Of a stretch of 64,000 nucleotides of DNA, positions 29,164 through 38,963 are shown one piece after another. The notes beneath the pieces were generated by a model. That model was not told where the DNA came from. It made no database searches and saw only the letters and a list, made by a program, of their open reading frames with translations. This DNA is from Candidatus Hydrogenedentota bacterium (lineage in GTDB: Bacteria > Hydrogenedentota > Hydrogenedentia > Hydrogenedentales > GCA-2746185). Position numbers and translations under genes: made by a program. Where the stretch lies: the NCBI GenBank assembly GCA_046583315.1, contig JAYGCN010000052.1, positions 32,001 through 96,000 of the forward strand, given 5' to 3'. How positions within the stretch are numbered: position 1 is the stretch's first letter; every line of letters begins with the position of its first letter.

Positions 29164-29613
29164 ATGCGCGCGGTTATTCAACGGGTCAGTGAGTCATCGG
29201 TCACGGTCGATGGGTCTGTTATCGGTGAGATCGGCGTGGGATTCATGGTGCTGTTGGGCGTGTCCGATGACGATACCGAGCAGGACGCGGATGCCCTTGT
29301 GCAAAAAATCGTCGGCTTGCGCGTGTTCAATGACGACGACGGAAAGTTCAATCTGTCATTGATGGATGTGGGCGGGAGGGTGTTGCTCATTTCCCAGTTC
29401 ACATTGATGGGGGATTGCCGGAAGGGGCGCCGTCCATCATTTATCAGAGCCGCTCGCCCTGAACACGCGATTCCGTTGTATGAATCGGTCATTGCGGGTC
29501 TAAAACAGCGCGGCGTAACGGTTGCCAGCGGTGAATTCGGTGCGCACATGGACGTGCATCTCATCAATGATGGACCCGTGACCCTGCTCGTGGACAGTCG
29601 AAAGGAATTCTGA
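29164..29613 (+). CDS. dtd: D-aminoacyl-tRNA deacylase
   Basis: [35 protein letters not shown]. Confidence 0.97.
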   Translation: MRAVIQRVSESSVTVDGSVIGEIGVGFMVLLGVSDDDTEQDADALVQKIVGLRVFNDDDGKFNLSLMDVGGRVLLISQFTLMGDCRKGRRPSFIRAARPEHAIPLYESVIAGLKQRGVTVASGEFGAHMDVHLINDGPVTLLVDSRKEF

Positions 29614-29622
29614 CCAAAGGCG

Positions 29623-30597
29623 ATGAGCACCCCTGATGAGAATAGTCGCTTGCGAATCGTGGTCGCCGGGTCAGGCCGTCTCGGCATGGCCGTGCTGGAG
29701 CCACTACTCGATTCTGGATATGAGGTGGTTGCCGTCGTGCAGAACGGTCGTAAAGTGCCGCGGTGGGAGCGAAAGTTACTCGGACTTCAGGCGCGCATCA
29801 CACCGCGTATGCCTTCACCGTTGTGTGAAGCAGTGCGGCAGCGAATTCCAATTTATTGGTTGGAACATCTTGATGCTACGGAGATTAAATCGCTATGCGC
29901 GATGAAACCCGACCTGTTGATTACTTGTGGATTCAGCATCATTCTGCCGGAATCTGTTCTGTCTATCCCGCGCATCGGCTGTATCAATGTGCATACGGCC
30001 CTGTTGCCGAAACATCGAGGTCCAAATCCCTGCGCGTGGGTCGTGCACGACGGGGACGGAAAATCCGGCGTGACGATTCATGTTACGGAAACCGGAATCG
30101 ACACGGGGGCGGTGTTGGCACAGGAATCCTTTGATCTGTCGCCTACTGACACGAGCATGGATGTGTATCTTGCTTCGTGCGCCGTGACCGCTGGCATGAT
30201 TTCGGAAACGATTGCAGATATCGAAGCGAATGGTTTTGCGAACGCGCGTGTGCAGGACGAATCTGAGGCGACTTATGACAAGCGCTTCAATGATGAGCAG
30301 TCGCGCGTGGATTGGACGCAGTCCGCCGTGGCAATTGAACGATTGATACGCGCGGCGCATGCCTACGCTCCGGCCTGGTTCCAATTCGGCAAAACGCGCG
30401 TGCGTTTGGTGCAGGCTGAGGCGAAAATGGGTGGCCGTGATGTTGCACCAGGTGTGATTGTGGCCGTCGACCCCGAGCTCGTCGTCGGTACGGGCGACGG
30501 GACACTGACCCTGTACTCAACCTATACCGATCAACGCGGCGGCACACGATGGCCGGGCGCGTTCACGAAGCTGAAACCGGGCATGCGTCTGGAGTAA
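29623..30597 (+). CDS. Formyltransferase, Fmt-like paralog
   Basis: CINVHTALLPKHRGPNP, GVTIH, GIDTG and Fmt-type C-terminal domain; N-terminus diverges from canonical Fmt. Confidence 0.85.
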   Translation: MSTPDENSRLRIVVAGSGRLGMAVLEPLLDSGYEVVAVVQNGRKVPRWERKLLGLQARITPRMPSPLCEAVRQRIPIYWLEHLDATEIKSLCAMKPDLLITCGFSIILPESVLSIPRIGCINVHTALLPKHRGPNPCAWVVHDGDGKSGVTIHVTETGIDTGAVLAQESFDLSPTDTSMDVYLASCAVTAGMISETIADIEANGFANARVQDESEATYDKRFNDEQSRVDWTQSAVAIERLIRAAHAYAPAWFQFGKTRVRLVQAEAKMGGRDVAPGVIVAVDPELVVGTGDGTLTLYSTYTDQRGGTRWPGAFTKLKPGMRLE

Positions 30598-30622
30598 GAT
30601 ACGCGCAGGGGGAAATACGCCG

Positions 30623-31252
30623 ATGGATGTCGAAATTCGCGAGTACCGTGACGAGGATGAGCAGAAATGGATGCGCGTCCACGCAGAAATCATGACGATA
30701 TCCCATTCCTGGAACTATTGCATACAGGAACGCCCCCCCTATGATGGCCACGAATCCACGCGACTCGTCGCGCTCGTGGACGGGAAGATTATTGGGTTGA
30801 CCGATACGCTTTACGATAACGAACCCGGCGAAATTTGTTTCAACAAAGAAACGCGCGGGGGTTATGTCACAGAGTTCGGTCGACTACCCGGATTCGCGGC
30901 GAAGGGACTCGGCATTCAGCTCATGCAAGCGACGATGGATCATGCGCACGCCAAGGGGATCGACCGCCTCGAATACTGGTCGCAGGATCGCAACGCACAA
31001 CGCTACTACATGAAACTCGGGCTGCCCGAAATCTCGCGCCATTATCGTTTCCGCATGCAAGCCCCGCAAGAGGTCGGCGACCACCTCCTCCAAGACGGCA
31101 TCGGAGTCGAATACATCTACGGCGTGTGCCAGCCCGAAGATTGGCCAGCCGTGAAAAAGAAATATGAAATCAAAATGGATCACCCACTAGAACCCCACCT
31201 GTGTATCGGCTACGCGATCGATGATTTCGAGAAACCGTTCCCGAAGGGCTAA
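30623..31252 (+). CDS. GNAT family N-acetyltransferase
   Basis: IREYRDEDE start, LPGFAAKGLGIQLM acetyl-CoA motif, NAQRYYMKLG. Confidence 0.85.
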   Translation: MDVEIREYRDEDEQKWMRVHAEIMTISHSWNYCIQERPPYDGHESTRLVALVDGKIIGLTDTLYDNEPGEICFNKETRGGYVTEFGRLPGFAAKGLGIQLMQATMDHAHAKGIDRLEYWSQDRNAQRYYMKLGLPEISRHYRFRMQAPQEVGDHLLQDGIGVEYIYGVCQPEDWPAVKKKYEIKMDHPLEPHLCIGYAIDDFEKPFPKG

Positions 31253-31264
31253 GGGCGAAGAGCA

Positions 31265-31868
31265 TTCACCGCGGAGGCGCGGAGAACGCGGAGGAAATTT
31301 GTGATAGATATCGAGTCTATACGAAATTTGCTGGCAAACGAACTCCGTAGCTGCGAATTCGGATATATATATCGCCCTAAGAGGGCGTTTTTGGATTTTT
31401 TCGAATAAATCGATGCAACGTACCCTAGATTTTGTCGATTTGCTTCGGAAACCTCCATCGAACTTTTACATTTGTCATGACAACCCGGATCTGGATATTT
31501 TGAAAGAAGCGATTGATAATAAACAAATTTACCATTTAGGGGGAGAGGTTTATCGAATTTCCCACTCATTTGACACAAATTTATTCTACCGCTGTTTCTT
31601 TTTGTACTCAGATTCTTGGGCGTATTGGATTACTTCGGACTGTACTTTCGAAGGAAGCTTCGTTCGCTATGAAATGGAAATGGATGGGGATTATAGAAGA
31701 GGAACTAGCCCGTCGAGTGAATTTAGGCGAAATTGATGTTGCAGTTTGCGCGTACGGAGATGGTGTAGAAATGCACATAATAGTTAACAACAAGGCGGAG
31801 TAGCCTTATTTATTGTTGATGCGCCGACAGGTAATCCCTCTCCGCGCCCTCCGCGTCTCCGCGGTGAA
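31265..31868. mobile_element. Inverted-repeat-bounded AT-rich cassette (cassette 2)
   Basis: TTCACCGCGGAGGCGCGGAGAACGCGGAG (31265-31293) and its inverse at 31840-31868 match at 26/29 nt. Interior is AT-rich (19/60 GC in 31501-31560). Mobility is inferred. Confidence 0.7.
31301..31803 (+). pseudogene. Probably decayed cargo gene(s) of cassette 2
   Basis: GGAGG SD from the repeat, then GTG 31301 (MIDIESIRNLL...FFE, TAA 31406); further ORFs 31413-31736 and 31570-31803 lie in other frames. No family recognised. Confidence 0.45.
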
Positions 31869-31873
31869 GAAAG

Positions 31874-31902
31874 CCCTTCTTCGTGTTCTTCGTGGTGAAA
31901 AA
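31874..31902. repeat. CACGAAG-type short tandem repeat abutting cassette 2
   Basis: CCCTTCTTCGTGTTCTTCGTGGTGAAAAA; the reverse complement TTTTTCACCACGAAGAACACGAAG has the same architecture as TTCACCGCGGAG-N-CGCGGAG. Confidence 0.7.
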
Positions 31903-31903
31903 G

Positions 31904-33367
31904 CTAAGCCAGCAAATCCTTCACGACCCGTCCATGCACATCCGTCAACCGGAATTGTCGGCCTTTGAGTTTGTAGTTGAGGCGTTCGTGGTCGATGCCC
32001 AACAGGTGGAGCAGGGTGGCGTGGAAATCGTGGACGTGTACGCCGTTTTCGGTGATGTTGTAGCCGAAATCGTCGGTGCTGCCGTAGCTGAAGCCGGGTT
32101 TTACGCCGCCGCCGGCCATCCATACGCTGAAACAGCGGGGATGATGATCGCGACCATAGTTCGTTTCCGTGAGCGCGCCTTGCGAGTAGTTCGTGCGTCC
32201 GAATTCACCACCCCAGATGACCAGCGTGTCGTCGAGCAGGCCCCGTTGTTTCAGATCGGCGACGAGTGCCGCGGAAGGCTGATCGGTTTCAGCGCATTGC
32301 GTCTTTATGCCGCCGGGTAAGCCACCGTGCTGATCCCAGCCGCGATGAAAGAGTTGGATGAAACGAACGCCGCGTTCGGCGAGTCGTCGTGCGAGTAGAC
32401 AGTTGGCCGCGTAGGTGCCCGGTTTTTTCGAGTCGGGACCATACATCTCGAATGTCGATTCCGGTTCGTCGGAGATGTCGGTCGCTTCGGGCACAGAGGT
32501 CTGCATGCGGAAGGCCATTTCGTATTGCGCGACCCGTGCTTCGAGGATGTCGCGATTGGCCTCATCTTGCTGGAGTTCGTGGATCTGTGCCATACGATTC
32601 AACAACATGCGCCGGGATTCTTCGCCGATTTCGCCGGGGTTGTTGAGATAGAGGACCGGGTCCTTGCCCGAGCGGAACTGAACGCCCTGGTGTTTAGAAG
32701 GAAGGAAACCGTTGCCCCAAAGGCGCGAATAGAGGGGTTGTCCACCTTTGGCTTTCGTGACGAGCGCGACATACGCCGGAAGGTTTTCATTTTCCGTTCC
32801 GAGACCGTAATCGATCCACGAGCCGATGGAGGGACGTCCCGCGCGTTGATCGCCAGTCTGGAAGAAGGTGATGGCCGGGTCGTGGTTGATGGCTTCGGTG
32901 TACATCGACTTGATGATGCAGAGTTCGTCGGCAATTTTTTGTGTATGCGGCAACAAATCACTCATCCATTGTCCCGACTCGCCATGTTGACCGAACTTGA
33001 AGATGGAACCCGCCATGGGTAATGACGCCTGATTCGCGCTCATGCCGGTGAGGCGTTGTCCTTGCCGAACGGAATCGGGCAGTTCTTCCCCGTTGCGTTC
33101 GTTGAGCAAAGGTTTGTAGTCGAAAAGATCAAGCTGGGATGGGCCACCGCTCTGGAAAAGGTAGATGACGCGTTTCGCCTTGGGTGCAAAGTGGGGGAGT
33201 GATGGCAGGCCGCCCGTTGCCGCGTGGGCAGACGAATCGCCAAGCATATCGGCCAGCGCCATACCACCAAGTCCCATACCAACTTGACTCAGGAATTTGC
33301 GGCGACTCAGAGACGAAGGGTCCCATTCGCCCGTGCATTGATTACAGATTGGGTCGAATTCGCTCAT
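31904..33367 (-). CDS. DUF1501 family protein (Tat signal)
   Basis: SRRKFL, AKRVIYLFQSGGPSQLDLFD, CLLARRLAERGVRF, WDQH, WGGEFGRT, GRDHH. Confidence 0.95.
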   Translation of the reverse strand: MSEFDPICNQCTGEWDPSSLSRRKFLSQVGMGLGGMALADMLGDSSAHAATGGLPSLPHFAPKAKRVIYLFQSGGPSQLDLFDYKPLLNERNGEELPDSVRQGQRLTGMSANQASLPMAGSIFKFGQHGESGQWMSDLLPHTQKIADELCIIKSMYTEAINHDPAITFFQTGDQRAGRPSIGSWIDYGLGTENENLPAYVALVTKAKGGQPLYSRLWGNGFLPSKHQGVQFRSGKDPVLYLNNPGEIGEESRRMLLNRMAQIHELQQDEANRDILEARVAQYEMAFRMQTSVPEATDISDEPESTFEMYGPDSKKPGTYAANCLLARRLAERGVRFIQLFHRGWDQHGGLPGGIKTQCAETDQPSAALVADLKQRGLLDDTLVIWGGEFGRTNYSQGALTETNYGRDHHPRCFSVWMAGGGVKPGFSYGSTDDFGYNITENGVHVHDFHATLLHLLGIDHERLNYKLKGRQFRLTDVHGRVVKDLLA

Positions 33368-36300
33368 AACTTCACCTGAAATTCGTTGAGGTTCATGATG
33401 CCCTGCGCGATGGCGGTCATGGCGGCCGTGTTAATGTTGTCCAGGCCGATGAGGCGTTCTTTATCGCCGACCGCAAGATAACTTTTTGCTTCTTCTTCAT
33501 TATTCGCGAACCAATCGCGCTGCTCATAGAACGCGTCATTCAGAATCGATGATTCTTCCGCAGTTGCCTCCCGTGTCAGAAGCGCGCGGAATATGGTGCT
33601 GATTCCTGCGGTATGGTCGTCTTTGTGCTGAAGCAGTGTTTTCTCCGCGAGCACACGCGCGGCCTCTACGTATTGCGGATCGTTGAGCAGAATGAGAGCC
33701 TGCAACGGAGTGGTCGTGCGTTCGCGGCGTACCACGCACACTTCGCGAGTGGTCGCATCAAAGGTGAGCATGGACGGCGGCGGCACGGTGCGTTTGATGA
33801 AGGTGTAGATGCTGCGGCGATAAAGTTTGTCGCCTTTATCGGCCACATAACTCGCCGATGCCACGTCTTTCCAGAGGCCGTCGGGTTGATAAGGTTTCAC
33901 GCTGGGGCCGCCGATGGTTTTCGTGATCAGCCCGGATGATACGAGTGCCGCATCGCGAATTTCTTCGGCGGAACGACGGTAGAGCGACGCGCGGGCGAGC
34001 AGGACGTTGTCGGGATCGTGTTCGAGAAGTTTCTTGGACGCGGCACTTGACTGACGATAGGCAGCTGACAGCACCAATCGTTTCAGTAATGCTTTCGTAT
34101 CCCAAGCGTTGTCGCGATATTCGTTTGCGAGATAGTCGAGCAGTTCGGGATGACTCGGCAGCTCGCCTTGTAATCCGAAATCTTCCTGCGTGGCGACGAG
34201 TCCCTGCCCAAATATTTGCTGCCAGAGTCGATTGACCGCGACGCGTGAGGTGAGAGGGTGATCGGGATGCAGCAACCACTGCGCGAGTCCGAGTCGGTTC
34301 ATGGGGAATTCATCGGGCGATTCAAAGAGATTGCCGGGAAAGGTTGCCTGCACCGCTGTGGTCGGGTTTTGATACTGTCCGCGATCCAGGATGTGCGTTG
34401 GATGCAGGCCGGGTTCTTCGGTCATGACCATGAGTTGCCGAATGCCGTCAAGGTGATCGGATTCACGCTTGCGGGTTTCGCGAAGGGAGTCGCGTTCTTC
34501 GATGGAGGCTTCGTGGATACGGGCGGCATAGTAGCGCTGCACTTCCAGAGATCCGGGGTCTTCTTCTATTGCGGCGGCGATCACTTCGGCGGGTGATTGT
34601 CGTGTCGCGATCGACTGCACCTCAATCGCGGTCAATTTGCGCGGGAAGGCCATGAAGTCGTCCATGCGCCCGTTGCGGAACCCATTATCGCGGAAACGTG
34701 CGCCGAGGGTAAGCGCAGGGTCGTCACCTTTCTTGTTGTACCAGATCGTGCGCGTAAGTTTGTCGCGCAGGATGTCGAATGTTGCAGATTCACCATTGAC
34801 GAAGAGGTTGATTCCAGCTGCGGTGCTGGAGCCGTCGTACGTGGCCGCGATATGCACCCATTCACCGACGGGTAATGTCGTTTCGGATTGCACACGAACC
34901 GCGTTGCCGGGCCAGAAGTGTACCAGACTGAACACGAGTTTGCCCTCGTCGATCATGATTTCGTATCCGCGACTACCTGCGTCGGAAGCGGCCTTCGATT
35001 TATGAAGGATGACCATGTGGGGCAGCATCTCTTTGATGTAGAGGGACATGGTGAAGCTGAAGGCATCGTAGCGGTTATAGATGCCGGCTTCCTTGATGTT
35101 GATGGCACTCTCTCCGCTAAATTTGTTGGCGGCGCCGGAATCCCTTTCGGATTTGATGAACTGGCCTTCGATTTTTCCCGCAGAGCCTGAATTTTCCAGC
35201 CCCTTTTCACCGTCAAAGGAGAGGTGGACTTCGGGTTCCAGTTCGCGGATGTCTCGCTTGTTTTTCTTGATCCATTTTTTGTAGCTGCGACCGAGATCAG
35301 AGTCGGCGATGGCTACGACGTCATCTGCGGCGGTAATGGCCTCAAGCAGTTCGCGGTGCTTCTTCTCGGAGGCTGGCGTGTAGAGGTTCAGGGTGGGTGT
35401 CGGCGTGGCGTTTGTGAAGTGAGAATAGAGTCCCGACTCATCAATCTTGTCGAAGAAGGCCATGAATTCGTAGAAACTTTTTTGCGAAATCGGATCGAAT
35501 TTGTGATCATGACACCGTGCGCACTCCAGCGTGAGTCCCATGAACGCCGTGCCCATTGTCGCCACGCGGTCAACGTTGTATTCGATTCGGTATTCTTCGT
35601 TGACGCTTCCGCCCTCGTTGGTTTGACGGTGCAGACGATTGAACGCCGTCGCGATTTTTTGGTCCTGTGTGGGATTCGGCAGCAGGTCGCCCGCAAGCTG
35701 TTCCGTCAAAAACTGGTCATAGGGCATGTTCTGATTGAACGAAGCAATCACCCAGTCGCGCCACGGCCACAGGTGCGTTTCCACGTCGCTTTGATAACCG
35801 AAGGTGTCCGCGAATCGCGCGACATCCAGCCACGCCGAGGCCATGTGCTCGCCGTAGTGCGTGGAGGCCAATAGTGCATCGACGACCTTTTCGTAACGTG
35901 ACGCCGACGTGTCCTGCTCGAATGCCTCGATGGCTTCTGGCGTCGGCGGTAGTCCGGTGAGGTCAAAGGTCACGCGCCGTAGCCAGAGAATCGGATCGAC
36001 TTCCGGTGCAGGTTGGAATCCCGCTTCCATAATGCCGTCCAGCACAAAGGCGTCAATCGGATCACGTGTCCAGTCGGTCGAAGGCGGTACCGTGGGACGT
36101 GACGGTTTCTGAAAGGCCCAGTGCCCCTCGAATTGCGCGCCCGCATCAATCCATTCCAGTAACATCGCAATCTGCGCGTCGGTCAGCGACTTTTTCGAGT
36201 CCGGTGGCGGCATGCGGTCCCGCGATTTCTCCGAGGTAACGTGTTCAACAAGTAGACTGTCCTCGAGATCGCCCGGCGTGATGGCACCATAATCGATCGC

Positions 36301-36480
36301 GTCCGCAATGTCATCGAAACGCAAGTCCGATTCACGCTTGTTCGCATCTGGACCATGACACGCATAACAATTGTCCGCAAAAATAGGACGAATGTCGCGC
36401 ACATAATCCGGCGCGGCTTGGGACAGCGGTGTTGCCAGAAGTGAGGCAATGAATAGTGTATAAATAAAACGGTAGTTCAT
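33364..36480 (-). CDS. PSD1/planctomycete cytochrome c protein (DUF1549-LamG-DUF1553)
   Basis: CYACHG, LRRVTFDLTGLPPT, WLDVARFADT, CARCHDHKFDP, LamG WVHIAATYDG, PSHPELLD, TTTPLQAL. Confidence 0.95.
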   Translation of the reverse strand: MNYRFIYTLFIASLLATPLSQAAPDYVRDIRPIFADNCYACHGPDANKRESDLRFDDIADAIDYGAITPGDLEDSLLVEHVTSEKSRDRMPPPDSKKSLTDAQIAMLLEWIDAGAQFEGHWAFQKPSRPTVPPSTDWTRDPIDAFVLDGIMEAGFQPAPEVDPILWLRRVTFDLTGLPPTPEAIEAFEQDTSASRYEKVVDALLASTHYGEHMASAWLDVARFADTFGYQSDVETHLWPWRDWVIASFNQNMPYDQFLTEQLAGDLLPNPTQDQKIATAFNRLHRQTNEGGSVNEEYRIEYNVDRVATMGTAFMGLTLECARCHDHKFDPISQKSFYEFMAFFDKIDESGLYSHFTNATPTPTLNLYTPASEKKHRELLEAITAADDVVAIADSDLGRSYKKWIKKNKRDIRELEPEVHLSFDGEKGLENSGSAGKIEGQFIKSERDSGAANKFSGESAINIKEAGIYNRYDAFSFTMSLYIKEMLPHMVILHKSKAASDAGSRGYEIMIDEGKLVFSLVHFWPGNAVRVQSETTLPVGEWVHIAATYDGSSTAAGINLFVNGESATFDILRDKLTRTIWYNKKGDDPALTLGARFRDNGFRNGRMDDFMAFPRKLTAIEVQSIATRQSPAEVIAAAIEEDPGSLEVQRYYAARIHEASIEERDSLRETRKRESDHLDGIRQLMVMTEEPGLHPTHILDRGQYQNPTTAVQATFPGNLFESPDEFPMNRLGLAQWLLHPDHPLTSRVAVNRLWQQIFGQGLVATQEDFGLQGELPSHPELLDYLANEYRDNAWDTKALLKRLVLSAAYRQSSAASKKLLEHDPDNVLLARASLYRRSAEEIRDAALVSSGLITKTIGGPSVKPYQPDGLWKDVASASYVADKGDKLYRRSIYTFIKRTVPPPSMLTFDATTREVCVVRRERTTTPLQALILLNDPQYVEAARVLAEKTLLQHKDDHTAGISTIFRALLTREATAEESSILNDAFYEQRDWFANNEEEAKSYLAVGDKERLIGLDNINTAAMTAIAQGIMNLNEFQVKL

Positions 36481-36641
36481 GATGGTTTATTGAACTCGTT
36501 GCAACCTTAAACCATTGTACCTCGTATCCAGACATCAATGCGAAAAGAGCGTCGCCCCCCGTCAATCACTTGCGAAACCCTGGAATAGTGTGGTTGAATG
36601 GACTCTATCTAATTCAAGGCTACTGTACGAAGGATATTCCC

Positions 36642-38141
36642 ATGTACCGGCACGTCACATTAATTTTGCTCTTGCTTTTGGGCAGCTCGATTGCCTACGC
36701 CGACTCCTACTCGAAACTTTGGGGTGAAGACGGGGAGGCTTGGTCTTCTGAGAGCCGACTGCCTGAGTTTTCATTTGCTGGATATGGGCGTGGTGAACGT
36801 GCGATTTCCGTTTCGTCGGTTACGCACAACGTCAAAGATTTCGGCGCGGTGGGGGATGGGGAAACCGACGATAGCGATGCCTTCGTTCGTGCGTTGAGCG
36901 AAGTCGAGCACGGGGTGTTGTATGTGCCGGAGGGCCGATATCGAATCACGAAAATGCTCAGCATCGATAAACCGAATCTCGTGTTACGTGGTGCGGGACC
37001 CGACAAGACGACACTCTTTTTTCCGATTCCGCTCAACGACATCAAACCAAATTGGGGTGCAACGACGAGCGGTCAGCGTACTTCCAATTACTCGTGGTCC
37101 GGCGGGTTCATCGCCATCCGCGGCAACTTCCGCACCGAACGCATCACGGTAGTCGAAGGCACAGCCAAGCGCGGTGCCCATCAGCTCATCGTGGCAGATG
37201 CCGGGTCACTCGTCATTGGACAGGAAATCGAAATTAAGCTGACGGATGATGCCGAAAACTCGCTTGCGATGCACTTGTACTCCGACGATCCGCGAATCGG
37301 CCTTGAAAAACTACTCGGCAGAGTACGCGCGTCACTGGTCACCCGCATCACGGCGATATCCGGCAATACGATTAGCTTCGACCGACCGCTACGGTGCGAC
37401 ATTGACCCGAAGTGGAAACCCGGCATCTATCGTTTCGCTCCTACCGTCACCGAATCGGGTATCGAAGACCTCCGCTTCGAATTTCCGAATACGCCCTACA
37501 AGGGACACTTCTCCGAACTCGGCTTCAACGCCATTGCTCTCACGCAAACCGCCCACTGCTGGGTGCGCAACATTCGCGTGCACAATTCGGATAGCGGGGC
37601 CTTCATCTCCGGGCACTTCAATACCCTTGACGGCGTGGTCTACACCTCCGACCGTGAAAAAGATTCGGGACGGCAATCGCAGGGGCATCACGGCATCACG
37701 AACGGCGGCAACGACAACCTCTTTGAGAATTTCGATTTCCAATGTGAGTTCATCCACGACATCACCGTAAGCCGCAGCTCTGGCAACGTACACAAGAATG
37801 GCAAAGGTGTGAATCTTTCGTTAGACCATCACCGCCACGCCCCCTACGAAAATCTGTTCACCAATATTCATGTCGGGAAAGGCACACGCACATGGCGATC
37901 CGGCGGCGGCGCATCGCTGGGTGCGCACTGTGCTGCACGAGGCACCTTCTGGAACATACAAGCCGGCCGACCAATCGCTGTGCCCGACAAAAAATTCGGC
38001 CCGTGGTCCATGAACCTCGTGGGCGTGAACATGAACGAAGAAGACCAGCTCAAGAAAAACGAACGCTGGTACGAACACAGCGGGTCCGGCGTGACTCCAC
38101 GCGATTTGCATGAAGCGCAGTTGCGGAAACGATTACAATAA
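36642..38141 (+). CDS. Secreted pectin-lyase-like beta-helix protein (Pectate_lyase_3-like)
   Basis: Signal peptide, LPEFSFAGY, NVKDFGAVGDGETDD, YVPEGRY, LRGAG, HCWVRNI. Confidence 0.85.
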   Translation: MYRHVTLILLLLLGSSIAYADSYSKLWGEDGEAWSSESRLPEFSFAGYGRGERAISVSSVTHNVKDFGAVGDGETDDSDAFVRALSEVEHGVLYVPEGRYRITKMLSIDKPNLVLRGAGPDKTTLFFPIPLNDIKPNWGATTSGQRTSNYSWSGGFIAIRGNFRTERITVVEGTAKRGAHQLIVADAGSLVIGQEIEIKLTDDAENSLAMHLYSDDPRIGLEKLLGRVRASLVTRITAISGNTISFDRPLRCDIDPKWKPGIYRFAPTVTESGIEDLRFEFPNTPYKGHFSELGFNAIALTQTAHCWVRNIRVHNSDSGAFISGHFNTLDGVVYTSDREKDSGRQSQGHHGITNGGNDNLFENFDFQCEFIHDITVSRSSGNVHKNGKGVNLSLDHHRHAPYENLFTNIHVGKGTRTWRSGGGASLGAHCAARGTFWNIQAGRPIAVPDKKFGPWSMNLVGVNMNEEDQLKKNERWYEHSGSGVTPRDLHEAQLRKRLQ

Positions 38142-38350
38142 CGCGTCACGAGCAACCACCTCGTCCCAATCTCAACTCGAACCTTGAAATGCCACTGCCC
38201 CTACTTCCTACGATTTCTTTTCTATAGAGAGCCCGCGAGATTGCTGTTTCCTTATTTGCAGCGTAGGTTCGACGTCGCTATAATCGATTTAGGTGTCCTG
38301 AAAGAACGGTAAGAAAGCAAAAGATAGTCTAAACACAGGAGGTCTCACTT

Positions 38351-38644
38351 ATGGAAGCTGATAAGCCAATCAACGTACCGCTAATTGTCGTCTCGTTCAT
38401 TGTAATCATACTGTATAACGTTCTTAGTTCCATGTACACGCCCGATACTACCAGCGTAGAGCCCTCCGTTGCAGGCTTTGTTTTAACGTCCATCGCTCTT
38501 TTGCTCGTGATCCCACTACTGGTCATTTGGTTCAAAGCCCTTTGGAACGAGGTCATACCTCGTGTGACTTCGTGGGGGAGACTTTCGTACATGGAGGCTT
38601 TCGGCATCATGACGATTATCATGTTTTTGGGCTCTGATCTTTAG
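38351..38644 (+). CDS. Small membrane protein
   Basis: AGGAGG SD, three hydrophobic segments, lower GC than neighbours. Confidence 0.65.
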   Translation: MEADKPINVPLIVVSFIVIILYNVLSSMYTPDTTSVEPSVAGFVLTSIALLLVIPLLVIWFKALWNEVIPRVTSWGRLSYMEAFGIMTIIMFLGSDL

Positions 38645-38846
38645 TCAGGCACTATTGCGCACCTGGTGGCACGCGTTTCCATTTTCTTCAACCGCCTTCG
38701 GGGTTGTATTTCTTTTTGTCGGTGTTCGGGGGTTATTAGCCCCGGCTATTCATCTTGAACCCTTTCCGGGATCCGGGTTGGTGTGTCGGTTCGTGATAAC
38801 GCTGGGGCGGTATTTTGCGGCCTTGGGGGTTTGGACTCTTCGTTTA

Positions 38847-38872
38847 GGATTCCCAATCAAGTTGGGAATGAC
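38847..38872. repeat. REP-like palindrome
   Basis: GGATTCCCAATCAAGTTGGGAATGAC (ATTCCC-N9-GGGAAT). Confidence 0.55.
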
Positions 38873-38963
38873 ACAGGGGGGGATGCTATACTCGCGAATA
38901 CTTAATGGTTTAACTATTTTTGTTTTCGCGATGATCGCGGAACGTGTTGACCAGGAAAATTCA

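Noticed and set aside
26334..31902. Classical integron or autonomous IS explaining the cassettes
   Set aside because: I recognised no attC core pairs, intI or transposase, and could not identify target-site duplications.
38655..38963. N-terminal membrane extension of the Nudix hydrolase
   Set aside because: The frame runs through a palindrome and a promoter-like TGCTATACT; GTG 38964 gives a normal-length enzyme.
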